From NCBI GenBank assembly GCA_965238005.1, contig OZ250165.1, forward strand, positions 3,200,001-3,264,000: a stretch of DNA of 64,000 nucleotides. Reading direction: 5' to 3'. Positions 20,456 to 31,391 of the stretch are shown piece by piece (position 1 is the stretch's first letter; every line of letters starts with the position of its first letter). The notes under the pieces were generated by a model. It was not told where the DNA came from. It searched no databases and saw only the letters and a list, made by a program, of their open reading frames with translations. The translations under genes and the position numbers were made by a program. Source of the DNA: Longimicrobiales bacterium. GTDB lineage: Bacteria > Gemmatimonadota > Gemmatimonadetes > Longimicrobiales > Gaopeijiaceae.

Positions 20456-20671
20456 TTAGTCGCCGGCTTCGTATCTGAAGGAGACCTTGACCTTCGCGCG
20501 GTAGCTCTGAACGGCACCGTCCCTGAGCTGCAGGTCCAGCTCTGAGACCTCCGCCACACGCAGGTCCCGCAGCGACTGGGAAGCACGTTGGACGGCTGCT
20601 GCCGCAGCCTTCTCCCACGACTCAGTAGAGGTTCCTACTAGCTCGATCACTTTGTACACACTCTCAGCCAT
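20456..20671 (-). CDS. Dodecin domain protein
   Basis: VYKVIELVGTSTESWE...YRAKVKVSF. Confidence 0.9.
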   Translation of the reverse strand: MAESVYKVIELVGTSTESWEKAAAAAVQRASQSLRDLRVAEVSELDLQLRDGAVQSYRAKVKVSFRYEAGD

Positions 20672-21103
20672 CTTTTTTTCTCCTCCCCAGCCGTGTGGCG
20701 GGCACGTAACGGATTTGTGATTGACGGGTTAAAAGATAACACTCGAAATAATTCACCCCTCCGGGGATCGGGGCCGACGTGCGGTCGATCGGGCACGATC
20801 ATAACCGCTGTCTTGCCCTGACCCGCTCTCGGAACATGTACGCCTGCTCCACAATGCGCTTCTCCCTCTCAACAACATCCAGCGACTTGCTTTCTGCAAT
20901 GAACGATTGAACCCGAAACATGCGGCGACACATTGTCAAACTCTTCCGATACCTCTAACGCTAACCCCCCGAATAAGCTCTTGAACTGCCTTCGGCTCAC
21001 ACGAAATCTTGCCAGGGCATTAGCAAGTATACGGCCAAGAACTTGCTCATGTCACCGATTGATCATGTCGTCCGCTAGCAATCGAGTGCTTGCCGATTCT
21101 AAC

Positions 21104-21322
21104 CTAATCCGTGGGGCTCATCCGGCAAAATCGGTACCGAGAAATCGTCACGAGGCCAGAGCATGTTACTTGCGTGAACATCGGTACCATTGTGGGAAAG
21201 CTTGACTTGTGGTCTTTCCGTCCGAGAAATACCTCGGAAACAGGGTAACCGCCGCCCAGCGCATGAATCGTAATCGCGATGTCGACACCATACTGCAGAG
21301 CAACAGAGCTGCCGGGAATCAT
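21104..21322 (-). pseudogene. Possible glycosyltransferase remnant in a lower-GC patch
   Basis: YGVDIAIT...SEVFLGRKDHK resembles GT-A (mannosyl/glucosylglycerate synthase-like) motif; no intact ORF. Confidence 0.3.
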
Positions 21323-23198
21323 CGATCTCGATCTCGAAGATCCCGCGCGAGTCGAGCATGCGGACTCACCTCGGTAGGTGGTCCCGAGGCTTCGCGCGCC
21401 AGCGGTCGATGCCCATCATGAGCTTCGTGAATTCAGTGGAACTGGATGGGTCTTTGATACCATACAGGTTGGCCAGGGCCGTGGTGATCCTGGCCGTCTC
21501 GGCCACGGCGGGTTCATGCCGGCCCGAAGAGCCGCCCGGACGGATCCGGCCGGGGCGTTGCGGGCGTAGCTTCCCGTGTTCTAGTCGATCGGCCCGATAC
21601 GGCGGATCTTCCAGGCCTGGCCGGTGGTGGGGCCGGTCACGCCCATGAAGGGCACACCGGGCTGTCCCGTGCGTGTATCCAACGAACGGGAGGTACCGAA
21701 GCTCTGGGTGTGCAGCCGGAAGTACCCGTCACCCCTGTCGACGATGGTCCAAAGCTGTCTTGTCGATGGGCCGACACCGGTCAGGAAGCACGCCGTGACT
21801 CCGTCGGCCCCTTCGAGCGCCAGCAACGCTGCGCCGAGCAGGTTCTTCATGAGGTAGCGCTCGCCCGATGGCTCGAACCGCCAGAATTGACCGGAGAAGT
21901 CACCGGCGACGCCCATGAAGCACTGCTTGGTGTCCGAGTACGTGTCGAGCGCGCGGCTGTCGCCGAAGAGCTGGTTGGAGAGGCGGTACCAGTGGAGCGG
22001 ATCCACGAGAAGTGTCGTGAACGACCAGCCGTGCTCGGACTCCAGTGCGTTACCCGCTTCGTCTCGGATGCCTGTGGTCAGGCGCACGTCGTAGCTCGTA
22101 CTGAACTCTACGAGACCACCGTCTGGGAAGAACGTCACTACGTTCCGTTCTTCGCCCTCCACCGAGCGGGTGCCCGGGACCGGTCCCTCGGGACCCGTCA
22201 CCACGAACGTCTCCGCCGTGACCGTCAGCGGGTCGATCGGCTCGGAGAACTCGGCCTGGATCACAGTGGCGATGCCCACTCCCTCCGCATCGGGCGCGGG
22301 CTGGGTGAGGGTGAGGGTCGGCGGCTCGGACTCCACGGCTCCGGCTCGGGTGAGCTCCCAGAACTGACCCGTGAAGTCCCCCGTGACGGCCATGTAGGGG
22401 ATCCCCGAGCCCTCAATCGGAGCCGTATCCAGGGACCGTGTGTCTCCCCACTGCTGATTCTGGAGCCGAAAGTACCCGTCGTTCAGGGACACGAGTGACC
22501 ACAGTTGTCCGGCTGCCTGGACGGCGGGGTCAGGGGAGCGCTCGGCCGTGGCGGCCACCAGGAGGTCGGTCAGCCCGCATGGATCGACCGAGGAGCTGCC
22601 GTCCAGCGCTTGCGTGGCGCCGCCGAATCGGCTTTGTAGCACGTACCACTCTCCCTCGGGCACGAACCGCCAGAACTGTCCGCTGAAGTCGCCCGTGTCG
22701 GCCATGAAACAGGTACGAGAGTCGGAGAAGGTGTCCAGCGACTGCTCCAGACCGAGGAAGAGGTTGGAGAGCCGGTACCACTGGTCGATCTGAACGACGA
22801 TCGTCTCGAACGAGAACGTGAAGGTGGCCGGGAGGGCGTTGCCGGCCAGGTCCTGGACGCCGGTGGTGACACGGACCTCGTAGCGACTCGAGAACTCCTC
22901 GAGCTCCACGGCCGGCTCGAAGGTCACCGCGCTGCCGGACACGGTGATGCTGCCGGCCACCGGCCCAGAGGGCCCGGTCACGGTCAGGCTCGACGACGTG
23001 ACCGTGGCCGGACTCACCGCCTCCGAGAACTGCACCAGGATGATCGCGCCGACGGCGATCCCGTGCGCGCCGTTCGAAGGGGTCGTGCTCACGACCTGGG
23101 GTGGGACCGTCTCGGTGGGCTGGGGCGGCGGAGGGGCGTCGGGTGCGTTCGGAACCGTGGGGCTGTCGCCGCCGCAGGCCGACAGAAGCGTGGCAGCC

Positions 23199-24655
23199 GA
23201 AGCTGTCCCAACCGTAGTTGAAGGTTCCTGATAGGGGAGAAAGAAAAGTGGTGGCTCCGGGGGTCCCGGGCCGATAGGCTCGGGTAGGCAAAAACCCCAA
23301 CACGGAGCCACCACGATGAAGAGAACGTACGAGGTAAGGGATCGGGCGGACAAGCGCGCGATCAGGGAGTTCCTGAAGCGGGAGGGGCAGTTTCTGCTTC
23401 CGATGCTTGAGCTCGTGGAGCAGACGGAGGTCGCGATCGACGAAGTCATCCAGGTGATGGGACGAGCGACGATCGAAGCGGTGCTGGAGATGAGCGCCGA
23501 GGGTGTGGCAGGCGTGAAGCAGGCAGGTCGGTCACGAGCGGAAGACGACACGGTGTGGTATGGCCGGCAGGGTGGTGTGGTTTACCTGTCGGACCGGAAG
23601 GTGCGTGTGGAGCGGCCACGGCTCAGGCGCCGGGGCGCCGGGGAGGGTGGCGAGGTCGAGGTGCCGGCGTACGCAGCGATGCGGAGACCGGGCGCCGTGG
23701 CGGATCGGATGCTCGAGGTCCTGATGGCGGGGGTGAGCACGCGGAAGTACGGCCGTGTGATCGGTGAGATGGCCGACACGGTCGGGGTGAGCAAGTCGGC
23801 GGTGAGCCGTGAGACGGTCGAGGCCTCGGAGCGCGTGCTGAAGGAGCTGATGGAGCGCCGGCTGGATGCGTGGGACCTCCTGGTGATCTACCTGGACGGG
23901 ATCCAGATGGGCTCGCACCACGTGCTTGCTGCGGTAGGCGTGGACTCAGACGGAAAGAAGCACGTGCTGGGCGTGAGGGAAGGAGCGAGTGAGAACGCCG
24001 AGGTGACCAGCGCGCTCCTAGAGGATCTGGTCGAGCGCGGCCTGGACCCGGGCAGGCGGCGGCTGTTCGTGATCGATGGCTCGAAAGCGCTCAGGAAGGC
24101 GATCGAGAAGGTGTTCGGCCAACGTCACCCCATCCAGCGCTGCCGCAACCACAAGCTCCGCAACGTGCTGGGTCATCTGCCGAAGGATCAGCATCCTCAG
24201 GTGAAGGCGGCGTTCCGGGCGGCGATGAAGCTGGACGCGAAGCAGGGCGAGCAGAAGCTCGAGCAGCTCGCCCGATGGCTCGAGCGCGACCACCCCTCGG
24301 CCTCGGCCAGCCTACGCGAAGGCCTCAGCGAGATGTTCACGATCAACCGGCTCGGCCTCCCGCCGCGGCTGAGGAAGTGCCTGGGCTCGACCAACCTGAT
24401 CGACAGCACCCACTCGGGCGTAAGACAGAAGACCCGCAGGGTGACCAACTGGAAGAACGGAGCGATGGCCTTGCGCTGGGCTGCGGCCTCGTTCGTGGAG
24501 ACCGAGAAGAGCTACCGGAGGATCATCGGCTACGACCAGCTCTGGATGCTCAGGGCCCACCTCGACGACCATGAACCGGTTGCCGAAATGAGAAAGGCAG
24601 GCTAACAAGGAGACTCTCCGGAGCCACCACCTTCAACTGTCAGCGGGACACCATC
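23199..24655 (+). mobile_element. IS256-family insertion sequence (1457 bp)
   Basis: IRs GAAGCTGTCCCAACCGTAGTTGAAGGT / rc GATGGTGTCCCGCTGACAGTTGAAGGT; 8-bp TSD TGGCAGCC (23191-23198, 24656-24663). Confidence 0.9.
23316..24605 (+). CDS. IS256-family transposase
   Basis: GVSTRK, YLDG, IDGSKAL, QRCRNHK, STNLIDS mutator-type motifs. Confidence 0.92.
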   Translation: MKRTYEVRDRADKRAIREFLKREGQFLLPMLELVEQTEVAIDEVIQVMGRATIEAVLEMSAEGVAGVKQAGRSRAEDDTVWYGRQGGVVYLSDRKVRVERPRLRRRGAGEGGEVEVPAYAAMRRPGAVADRMLEVLMAGVSTRKYGRVIGEMADTVGVSKSAVSRETVEASERVLKELMERRLDAWDLLVIYLDGIQMGSHHVLAAVGVDSDGKKHVLGVREGASENAEVTSALLEDLVERGLDPGRRRLFVIDGSKALRKAIEKVFGQRHPIQRCRNHKLRNVLGHLPKDQHPQVKAAFRAAMKLDAKQGEQKLEQLARWLERDHPSASASLREGLSEMFTINRLGLPPRLRKCLGSTNLIDSTHSGVRQKTRRVTNWKNGAMALRWAAASFVETEKSYRRIIGYDQLWMLRAHLDDHEPVAEMRKAG

Positions 24656-25008
24656 TGGCAGCCGACAAGAACACACTGCAGCGGGTCACAACCAACCTCG
24701 GGCCCTTGAGACATGGTACGGGGCCTCGCCGCAGGCACGCTGCAACCTCGGAGTATATCTCGGCAATACGAGCCACTGCAAGGCGAGACCCTGCCGAGGC
24801 GCCGTATATGCCCCGTCATTTCATTAACGTGAGCCTGCTGTGCGCTACACAGGCAGTGTGCGACTACGATGCCTACCGCGCCAGCCGCAGTCAATTCCGG
24901 GCCGGCTGAGGGTGGAGGGCAATGAGCTAACCTATGAAAGCGTCCGGACATCTTCGCCTCCGGCCCCCCTCTCTGGCTCCGTGTGGTGGTCATCGGGTGC
25001 GGTAGGAG

Positions 25009-26379
25009 CTAAACCCCGTTCTCGTCCACGGCCAGCAGGCTGCGAAGCAGCACGTTCGCGCCCGCCGTTATCTGTTCTGGGGGTGTCATCTCCAGGGGCG
25101 AGTGGCTGATCCCATCCAGGCTGGGCACGAAGATCATTCCCACGGGGCCCAGGTGCGCGATGCTCTGCGCGTCGTGCCCGGCGCCGCTGGGCATGCGCAA
25201 CGTGGTGAGGCTGAGCCGCCGGGCCTCGGCTTCGATGACGTCCCGGAGGCGCAGCGCGGTGGGAGCGGCCCGGCTGGTGTAGAACTGCTCGAACTCCACG
25301 CTCGTGCCGTCGCTCTCGGCCAGCGCGGCGGCCTCGCCTCGGATCGCCTCGAAGATCTCGTCGATCTTGGACATCTCCAGGTCGCGGATCTCCAGGCTGA
25401 ACGTGACCCGTCCGGGAATCACGTTGGGCGCGCCCGGCTCAGCGCTCACGCGGCCGACCGTGGCCACCTGCCGTCCCGGCGTGGTGCGCGCGATTCGGTT
25501 GACGGCCTCGATCATCCGGGCCGCCGAGACCATGGCGTCGTGGCGCTGATCCATGGGCGTGGTGCCGGCGTGGTTGGCGAAGCCTTCCACCGTGACGGTC
25601 CAACGCTTGATGCCCACGATGCCCTCGACCACTCCGATGTCGATGCCGGCCCGGTCGAGGACGAAGCCCTGCTCGATGTGGAGCTCGAAGTACGCCGTCA
25701 GCGAGCCGGGCTCTCGTCGAGCCTCCTCCAGCCGGCTCAGGTCGCCGCCGATGCGCAGCGTGCCTTCCCCGATCGTAAAGCCACTCGCCGTTCTGACGTC
25801 GAGCTCGGCCGGGTCCACCTCGCCCGAGATGGCGCGGCTTCCCGTCTTCCCGCCTTCCTCATTCGCCCAGATGACGAATTCGAGACCGTGGCGGGTGCGA
25901 TGGCCCGCGTCGGCCAGCGTGGTCGCGACCTCCAACGCGGCCATGGAGCCCACCTGTCCGTCGTAGTTCCCGCCCAACGGGACAGAGTCGATGTGTGATC
26001 CGAGCAGCAGCGGCGGCAGGTCAGGGTCGGAGCCCGCGCGCTGGCCGATCAGGTTCCCTGCGAGGTCGACCGAGACTTCGAGCCCGGCGTCGCTCATGAG
26101 GGTCGCCACCCACTCGCGGGCGGCGATGTCGGCGTCGCTGTAGGCGACCCGGCTGACCCCTCCCGCGGGCGTGGCGCCGAAGCGGGCCAGATCGGTGAGC
26201 GTTCGGCTGAGGCGGTCCCCGTCCACCAGCAAGTCGGGCGGGGCCGGGGCGACACGGGCGCCGCCCACCAGCAGATGGGGAGCGTTCCCGGCGCCGCCGG
26301 GCAGCCGCCAGAGCGCGGGCGGCACCATGCCGAGCGCGAGCCCTCCTGACGCGAGACGGGTGAAGTGACGGCGGTCCAT
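25009..26379 (-). CDS. M20 Zn-dependent amidohydrolase (allantoate/N-carbamoyl-amino-acid hydrolase type), Tat-exported
   Basis: MDRRHF Tat motif; GSHIDSV, NEEG, ELHIEQG, SGAGHDA, GISHSP. Confidence 0.88.
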   Translation of the reverse strand: MDRRHFTRLASGGLALGMVPPALWRLPGGAGNAPHLLVGGARVAPAPPDLLVDGDRLSRTLTDLARFGATPAGGVSRVAYSDADIAAREWVATLMSDAGLEVSVDLAGNLIGQRAGSDPDLPPLLLGSHIDSVPLGGNYDGQVGSMAALEVATTLADAGHRTRHGLEFVIWANEEGGKTGSRAISGEVDPAELDVRTASGFTIGEGTLRIGGDLSRLEEARREPGSLTAYFELHIEQGFVLDRAGIDIGVVEGIVGIKRWTVTVEGFANHAGTTPMDQRHDAMVSAARMIEAVNRIARTTPGRQVATVGRVSAEPGAPNVIPGRVTFSLEIRDLEMSKIDEIFEAIRGEAAALAESDGTSVEFEQFYTSRAAPTALRLRDVIEAEARRLSLTTLRMPSGAGHDAQSIAHLGPVGMIFVPSLDGISHSPLEMTPPEQITAGANVLLRSLLAVDENGV

Positions 26380-26614
26380 GGCTCGTCCGTTCTATGTTTG
26401 GCCGGCCCCTGTGTGGCCTCCAGCGCCCAGACGGGTGACTGGATCGGACACGGGCGAACTCCGAGACCAGACCGAGGTCAAGATCCTATGAGGGGGCCGG
26501 GAGGCGCAAGCGGCAGGCGAACGGTCTGACTCGCTGAGCGGGTTTTCCCCAGGGGCGGCGAGTCTGTAGTTTCTCTGCGGCTCATCGCTGCCATCACAAC
26601 AGGACCTGCGCCTG

Positions 26615-27739
26615 GTGCCCAACCCGATCCCATCGCAAATCCAACACGAGGCCAGCCCGATCGTGGTGATCGGCCGCGTCGTCTACTTCCTCGCCCTGCT
26701 CTACCTGTTCTTCTCCAGCATCGAGCTGATGAGCACCGCGTTCAAGATGAGCGGCGCAGGACTCGCGGATCAGCTCCTGAACACGGCGTCGGACCCAGTC
26801 GCCGGGCTGCTCATCGGATTCCTGGCCACGAGCCTGATCCAGAGCTCCTCGACCACCACCACCATCGTGGTGGGACTCGTGGCGTCCGGTGCGCTCACCA
26901 TTGAGCTCGCCGTGCCCATCATCATGGGTGCGAACATCGGAACGACAACGACGAACACAATCGTGTCGATCGGGCACGTGACCCGTCCGGCGGAGTTCGA
27001 GCGGGCCTTGGCGGCTTCCACGGTGCACGACTTCTTCAACGTGCTCGCGGCGTTCACGCTCCTGCCAGTGGAGATCCTTTTTCACCCGGTCGAGAAAACG
27101 GCGATCTTTCTGCAGCGCGTGTTCGCCGGTGCCGGTGGCATGAGCCTGGCCAGCCCTCTCAAGCTGGTCGTGGGTCCACCCGCCGAATTCCTCTCGGAGT
27201 TGATCCCCTACACGATTCCGCTGGGCATTCTGGCTCTCGCTCTGCTCTTCATGGCCCTGCGAGGGATGCTGACGTTCATGCGGGGCGTCGTCCTACAGCG
27301 CCTGGAAGGGCTCTTCGACAGGGTCCTCTTCCGTAACGACGCCGCGAGCTTCACTCTGGGCGTCGTTGCGACGGCGTCCGTGCAGAGCAGCTCGGCGACG
27401 ACGTCTTTGATCGTGCCCTTGGCGGGCACCGGGGTCCTCACCCTACGTCAGATCTTCCCGTACACGATTGGGGCGAATATCGGAACCACCATCACCGCGA
27501 TCCTCGCCTCGTTTTCGACCGGAAGCCCGGCGGCGGTGACCATCGCCCTGGCTCACCTGGCGTTCAATATGATGGCCGTCGCGATCTTCTATCCTCTGAA
27601 GGCCCTGCCCATCGAGCTCGCGAGGAGGTGGGGCGTCTTCGCGGCCCGCTCGAAGGTGAGCACTGCCACTGTGTTCTCTGTCTATATCGCGTTGCACGTC
27701 ATACCGCTCGCGTACATCATTTGGTCAGCGAAAAGGTAA
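26615..27739 (+). CDS. Na+/phosphate cotransporter (NptA-like)
   Basis: Two QSSS repeats and two GANIGT motifs. Confidence 0.9.
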   Translation: MPNPIPSQIQHEASPIVVIGRVVYFLALLYLFFSSIELMSTAFKMSGAGLADQLLNTASDPVAGLLIGFLATSLIQSSSTTTTIVVGLVASGALTIELAVPIIMGANIGTTTTNTIVSIGHVTRPAEFERALAASTVHDFFNVLAAFTLLPVEILFHPVEKTAIFLQRVFAGAGGMSLASPLKLVVGPPAEFLSELIPYTIPLGILALALLFMALRGMLTFMRGVVLQRLEGLFDRVLFRNDAASFTLGVVATASVQSSSATTSLIVPLAGTGVLTLRQIFPYTIGANIGTTITAILASFSTGSPAAVTIALAHLAFNMMAVAIFYPLKALPIELARRWGVFAARSKVSTATVFSVYIALHVIPLAYIIWSAKR

Positions 27740-27745
27740 CAAGCC

Positions 27746-28426
27746 ATGTGGAAACAAATCGTCGCGCTCTTCAGGTCCGGAGGCCCACTGCAGGAGGCAT
27801 ATGACGAGGCGATCCTGATGCTTCGGGCCTCCCACGACATGTTCGACCACGCAGTCACGGCGCTCCACGCGGAGGGCACGCCAAAGACCGACATCTACAA
27901 GCGCGATCAGCAGCTCAACAAGTACGAGCGGAGCGTTCGTCGCAAGATCGTCACGCACATGTCCGTGTCGTCAAAGCCTGACATCAACCTGGGACTGGTG
28001 CTCACCGCGATCGTCATCGACATCGAGCGGATCGGCGACTACACCAAAAACATCGTGGAGTTGGCGTCCGCGGTTCCGGGGCCCTTCGATGGGCTCGAGC
28101 TACACGACAAGGTGGTTGGGATCGAGCAGATCATGGCTCGGATGTTCGATGACATCGTGCCCGCCCTTGAGGAATCCGACATGGTTCGGGCCAGGGGCAT
28201 CATAAAGTCCCACACCTCCATCGCATCCAAGGTGGACAAACAAGTGCGTGCCCTGTGCTCGGGTAAGGCGTTGTCGGGACGGTCGGGGCATGCGGTCACG
28301 GTAGCACTCTATCTGCGCTATCTGAAGCGCGTCAGCGCGCACCTCAAGAACGTGGCCACCAGCGTAGTGAATCCCTACCACCGGATCGGATTCCGGGAGA
28401 AGAAGTCTCGAGCCAAAAAGGGTTGA
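27746..28426 (+). CDS. PhoU-domain protein
   Basis: DIERIGDYTKNI, RYLKRVSAHLKN; directly downstream of Na/Pi transporter. Confidence 0.85.
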   Translation: MWKQIVALFRSGGPLQEAYDEAILMLRASHDMFDHAVTALHAEGTPKTDIYKRDQQLNKYERSVRRKIVTHMSVSSKPDINLGLVLTAIVIDIERIGDYTKNIVELASAVPGPFDGLELHDKVVGIEQIMARMFDDIVPALEESDMVRARGIIKSHTSIASKVDKQVRALCSGKALSGRSGHAVTVALYLRYLKRVSAHLKNVATSVVNPYHRIGFREKKSRAKKG

Positions 28427-28437
28427 TCGGGAGCCGA

Positions 28438-28650
28438 ATGAACGAAGAGCAGTGGTTCGGCCTGCTGGGGCTCATCGTCGGCCTCTATCTATTTGTGTGC
28501 GCGACTTGGAAAAGAGACTTCTTCCTCTACGACTGGAAGGTGCAACGGGCCATCGCTTGGTATGGAGAGGAGAAGGCGCACCTTGGCTTTCAAATAGGTG
28601 GAGTCATCGTGATGATCGTGGGCGTCCTGAAGTTGCTGCAAGTGATCTAA
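28438..28650 (+). CDS. Small two-TM hypothetical membrane protein
   Basis: GGAG RBS + ATG; two hydrophobic segments. Confidence 0.55.
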   Translation: MNEEQWFGLLGLIVGLYLFVCATWKRDFFLYDWKVQRAIAWYGEEKAHLGFQIGGVIVMIVGVLKLLQVI

Positions 28651-28659
28651 GGAATCCCC

Positions 28660-28960
28660 ATGCGGTGGTCATCGTCTGATCGTCTTTCTTGACGAGACGC
28701 ACATTGTGGTAGGCCGTCGAACCCGTAGACATCCCCACGTCCAATCGAAGCTCGGCGATGCTCTCGCGTGGGACCTGACGCTTCCGCATGGGCAGGAGCA
28801 TCCGGTGTGTCACGGTGACCCCCTCCGGCCCGGCGGTGACCCGTGTGCTTCCCAACAACAAGAAAGCGAAGACGCCAGCGAAGAACGCGTCGACCACGAG
28901 CAGGCCGTAGAAGAACGGAAAACGGATCCTCTCGGAGCGGCGCCAGGATGGTGACGGCCA
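28660..28960 (-). pseudogene. Remnant of membrane protein with bacterial PH-like C-domain
   Basis: TM segment then STRVTAGPEGVTVTHR...RESIAELRL; no proper start or end. Confidence 0.35.
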
Positions 28961-29119
28961 GCTCGGTCTCCGTTGTCCAGTTGCGAGCGCCCACCTTCCG
29001 CATATAGTCTGAGAGCCCACAAGCCGGCACAATGCAGGCTGAGGTTCGTAGTGACCCCAGACGCCTTGCGACGGTATCCGGCCATAGGCGGATCGGTTAA
29101 CCTGGCCTCTGGGGGAGAG

Positions 29120-29953
29120 ATGAAGATGAACGCGCACTGTAGTCGAGTCATCCGTCGGACCCGAGCCGCGTTGGGGATCGGGGCCCTACTCACCGCCTTT
29201 GTTTGGAGTGTCGGGGCTCGGGCGGCTGTGGCCCAGGAGGCCTCCCGAGGAAATGATCCGAAGGCGCTGGAGCTGGTGGAATCCTGGATCGGCGCCCTGG
29301 GAGGCATGGAGCTGTATCACAACCTGCGGACCGCCCAGTTCACGTTGACCACCGAGATGTATGACACCGCCTCGGGACGATTGAGGAGGACGAGGCCCCG
29401 CTACGTCACGATCGCGCAGTTGCCGGGTGCGCTTGCGGCCCGTATCGAGCGGTGGGAGGGGGACGACTTCATCGTGCAGGGATGGGACGGGGTGACGGAT
29501 TGGGCGTACATGAACGGGCGGCGCCTGACTCCCAAAGACAAGGACCGACAAGAGGTGCGCTATGTGTCGGGGGACGTCAACTACTGGATCGCGCTTCCGT
29601 TCAAGCTAAAGGATCCTGGTGTATACCTGCACTACGACGGAAGGGACGATGCGGGTCGCCACGTTGTACGGGTGACCTTTGGCGAGGGGATTGGTAACGA
29701 TGAGTGGCACTACTATTTCGTCGACGGACGCACATGGCCCGTTCAGGTGGATTACCAAGAAGTAGGCAGAACGAACGCGAACCACACCAGGTGGGAAGAG
29801 ATCCAGAGTACCGATGGGTACTACTACGTCGGCGCCCGCGTACACTTCGATGACGAGGGCCGCGTCTTCAAGATCGTCCGCACCGGAGACGTCAAGATCA
29901 ACGGCAGGGTGGATCTCGACGTGTTCTCGCGGCTCGGCTCCTCGACAAACTAG
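29120..29953 (+). CDS. Secreted hypothetical protein (LolA-like fold possible)
   Basis: Signal peptide ending AVA-Q; ALELVESWIGALGG; YWIALPFKLKDPGV. Confidence 0.65.
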   Translation: MKMNAHCSRVIRRTRAALGIGALLTAFVWSVGARAAVAQEASRGNDPKALELVESWIGALGGMELYHNLRTAQFTLTTEMYDTASGRLRRTRPRYVTIAQLPGALAARIERWEGDDFIVQGWDGVTDWAYMNGRRLTPKDKDRQEVRYVSGDVNYWIALPFKLKDPGVYLHYDGRDDAGRHVVRVTFGEGIGNDEWHYYFVDGRTWPVQVDYQEVGRTNANHTRWEEIQSTDGYYYVGARVHFDDEGRVFKIVRTGDVKINGRVDLDVFSRLGSSTN

Positions 29954-30040
29954 TCCGGAGTTCGCGGTTGGGGCCGTCTCTCGCCGGCCGGCCCCAACCC
30001 CTCAGCTATTGGCCGAGCGTACGACCGGAACACTCACGAG

Positions 30041-30166
30041 GTCCAGTGGGAGTTCGATGCGAGCCGTGGCTACCCGACCCGGATCTTCATCGACTATTCG
30101 GAGATGGTCATGGACGAAGAGCTGGGCTTCACGCTGTTGGGTGACGTTCGGGCCTTGGGAGACTGA
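30041..30166 (+). pseudogene. DUF6174-like C-terminal remnant
   Basis: EFDASRGYPTRIFIDYSEMVMDEELGF with no N-terminus. Confidence 0.45.
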
Positions 30167-30378
30167 CGCTCATCACCGAGCCCGACGATGAACCTCCGTT
30201 CTGAGCGAGGGTGTGGATGGGAAACCTGTGCGTCGATCATCGGAAGAGAGGCCAAGCCCATGTCCCGCGAAGACGTTCGCCTTGCCACCCACGGCTCGAA
30301 ATCCCATCGTGGTACCCCTGAGTGGTGTGCCACGCCTCTCCGAGGTCAACCGAACCCTACCTTTCTTGGGAGCCTATC

Positions 30379-31008
30379 ATGATCCGTCGAATCTCTTTAG
30401 CAGCCCTTGCGCTTCTGATCGCAGTGCCGCTGGCGGCGCAAGCGCCCGAAGGGTGGCAACTGCGGGTGGACCGGAGCAGGAACGCTGCCGACCCGGACGA
30501 CGTGCCCGAGGTGGAATTCGGGACCGCGGAAAGCGGATTCCAGATCAACACCGGCCCCGCCGCCGTGGCGTGGAAGTCGGAGAACACCGCGTCGGCCACC
30601 TACACCCTCGAGGGCAAGTTCACCTTGCTCGAACCCAGCGATCACGCGAACTACTACGGTCTCGTGTACGGCGGCGGTGACCTTGAGGGCTCCAGACAGA
30701 ACTACTTGTACTTCCTGGTGGCACAGAACGGCAGCTACATCGTCAAACACCGGGCGAACGACGAGACGACCCACGACATAGTCGGCCGGACGCCGCACGA
30801 CGCGGTGGTGGAGCCCGACGCCAATGGTAAATCGGTCAACGAGCTGCAGGTACGGGTGGGGGAGGATCAGACCGAGTTCGTCGTGAACGGAACAGTCGTC
30901 CACACCGAGGCGAGGTCAGGGATGGCTTCCCGCACGGACGGCATCTGGGGCGTCCGGATCAACCACCGCCTCCCGGGCGTTGTGGTCGAGGGACTGCGGG
31001 TCCGGTAG
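30379..31008 (+). CDS. Secreted hypothetical protein (beta-sandwich)
   Basis: GGGAG RBS, signal peptide PLAA-Q, GC3-rich codons. Confidence 0.7.
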   Translation: MIRRISLAALALLIAVPLAAQAPEGWQLRVDRSRNAADPDDVPEVEFGTAESGFQINTGPAAVAWKSENTASATYTLEGKFTLLEPSDHANYYGLVYGGGDLEGSRQNYLYFLVAQNGSYIVKHRANDETTHDIVGRTPHDAVVEPDANGKSVNELQVRVGEDQTEFVVNGTVVHTEARSGMASRTDGIWGVRINHRLPGVVVEGLRVR

Positions 31009-31391
31009 TTCCCTCCCGCTGACGGAGGTTTCCGATGCCTTCGTGGACGATTCGAATGACTGGGCCGCTCGGCGTGTTCTTGCATCCCTGAACCGCCCGC
31101 GCATCTTGGTCCGGGAACCGGCCCAGGAACGGGAGTTCCTCGGGGTATCCCCGGCTCGCTCCCGGGCGGTCGCGCCACCTCACAGGGCCTTTGTTTCGCC
31201 TTCTATCCCTTGAGAAATTTCAGAAAATCGCCCCCCGGCGCTCTCTCGCCGAAGGAGGGCGAATGATCCCAGTACGCCGTCAGCTTCGATTGCTCGAGGA
31301 GGTTGGGCCGCCCCCCGTCTTGCGGATCTGGGCTCGGCCGAAGCACCCGATTTGACGACGAGCTCGTGACGGATCGGGGCACGCGGTACGG

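Larger units (their letters stand above)
21581..24689 (-). pseudogene. Lipoprotein with two [Ig-like + ricin-type lectin] repeats, interrupted by IS256 in its signal peptide
   Basis: Removing IS and one TSD gives GAGG-GTG 24689 MTRCSVFLSAATLLSA|CGGDS; FSE...V/IxP..VT Ig motifs; GQFW/GQLW QxW repeats. Confidence 0.8.

Noticed and set aside
21581..23551. 656-aa ORF as a real protein
   Set aside because: The N-terminal ~118 aa are antisense IS256 sequence; the true start lies beyond the IS at 24689
31185..31208. Second oriIS-like motif GGGCCTTTGTTTCGCCTTCTATCC
   Set aside because: Only loosely similar to 38204-38224, with no adjacent IS91 coding remnant recognised
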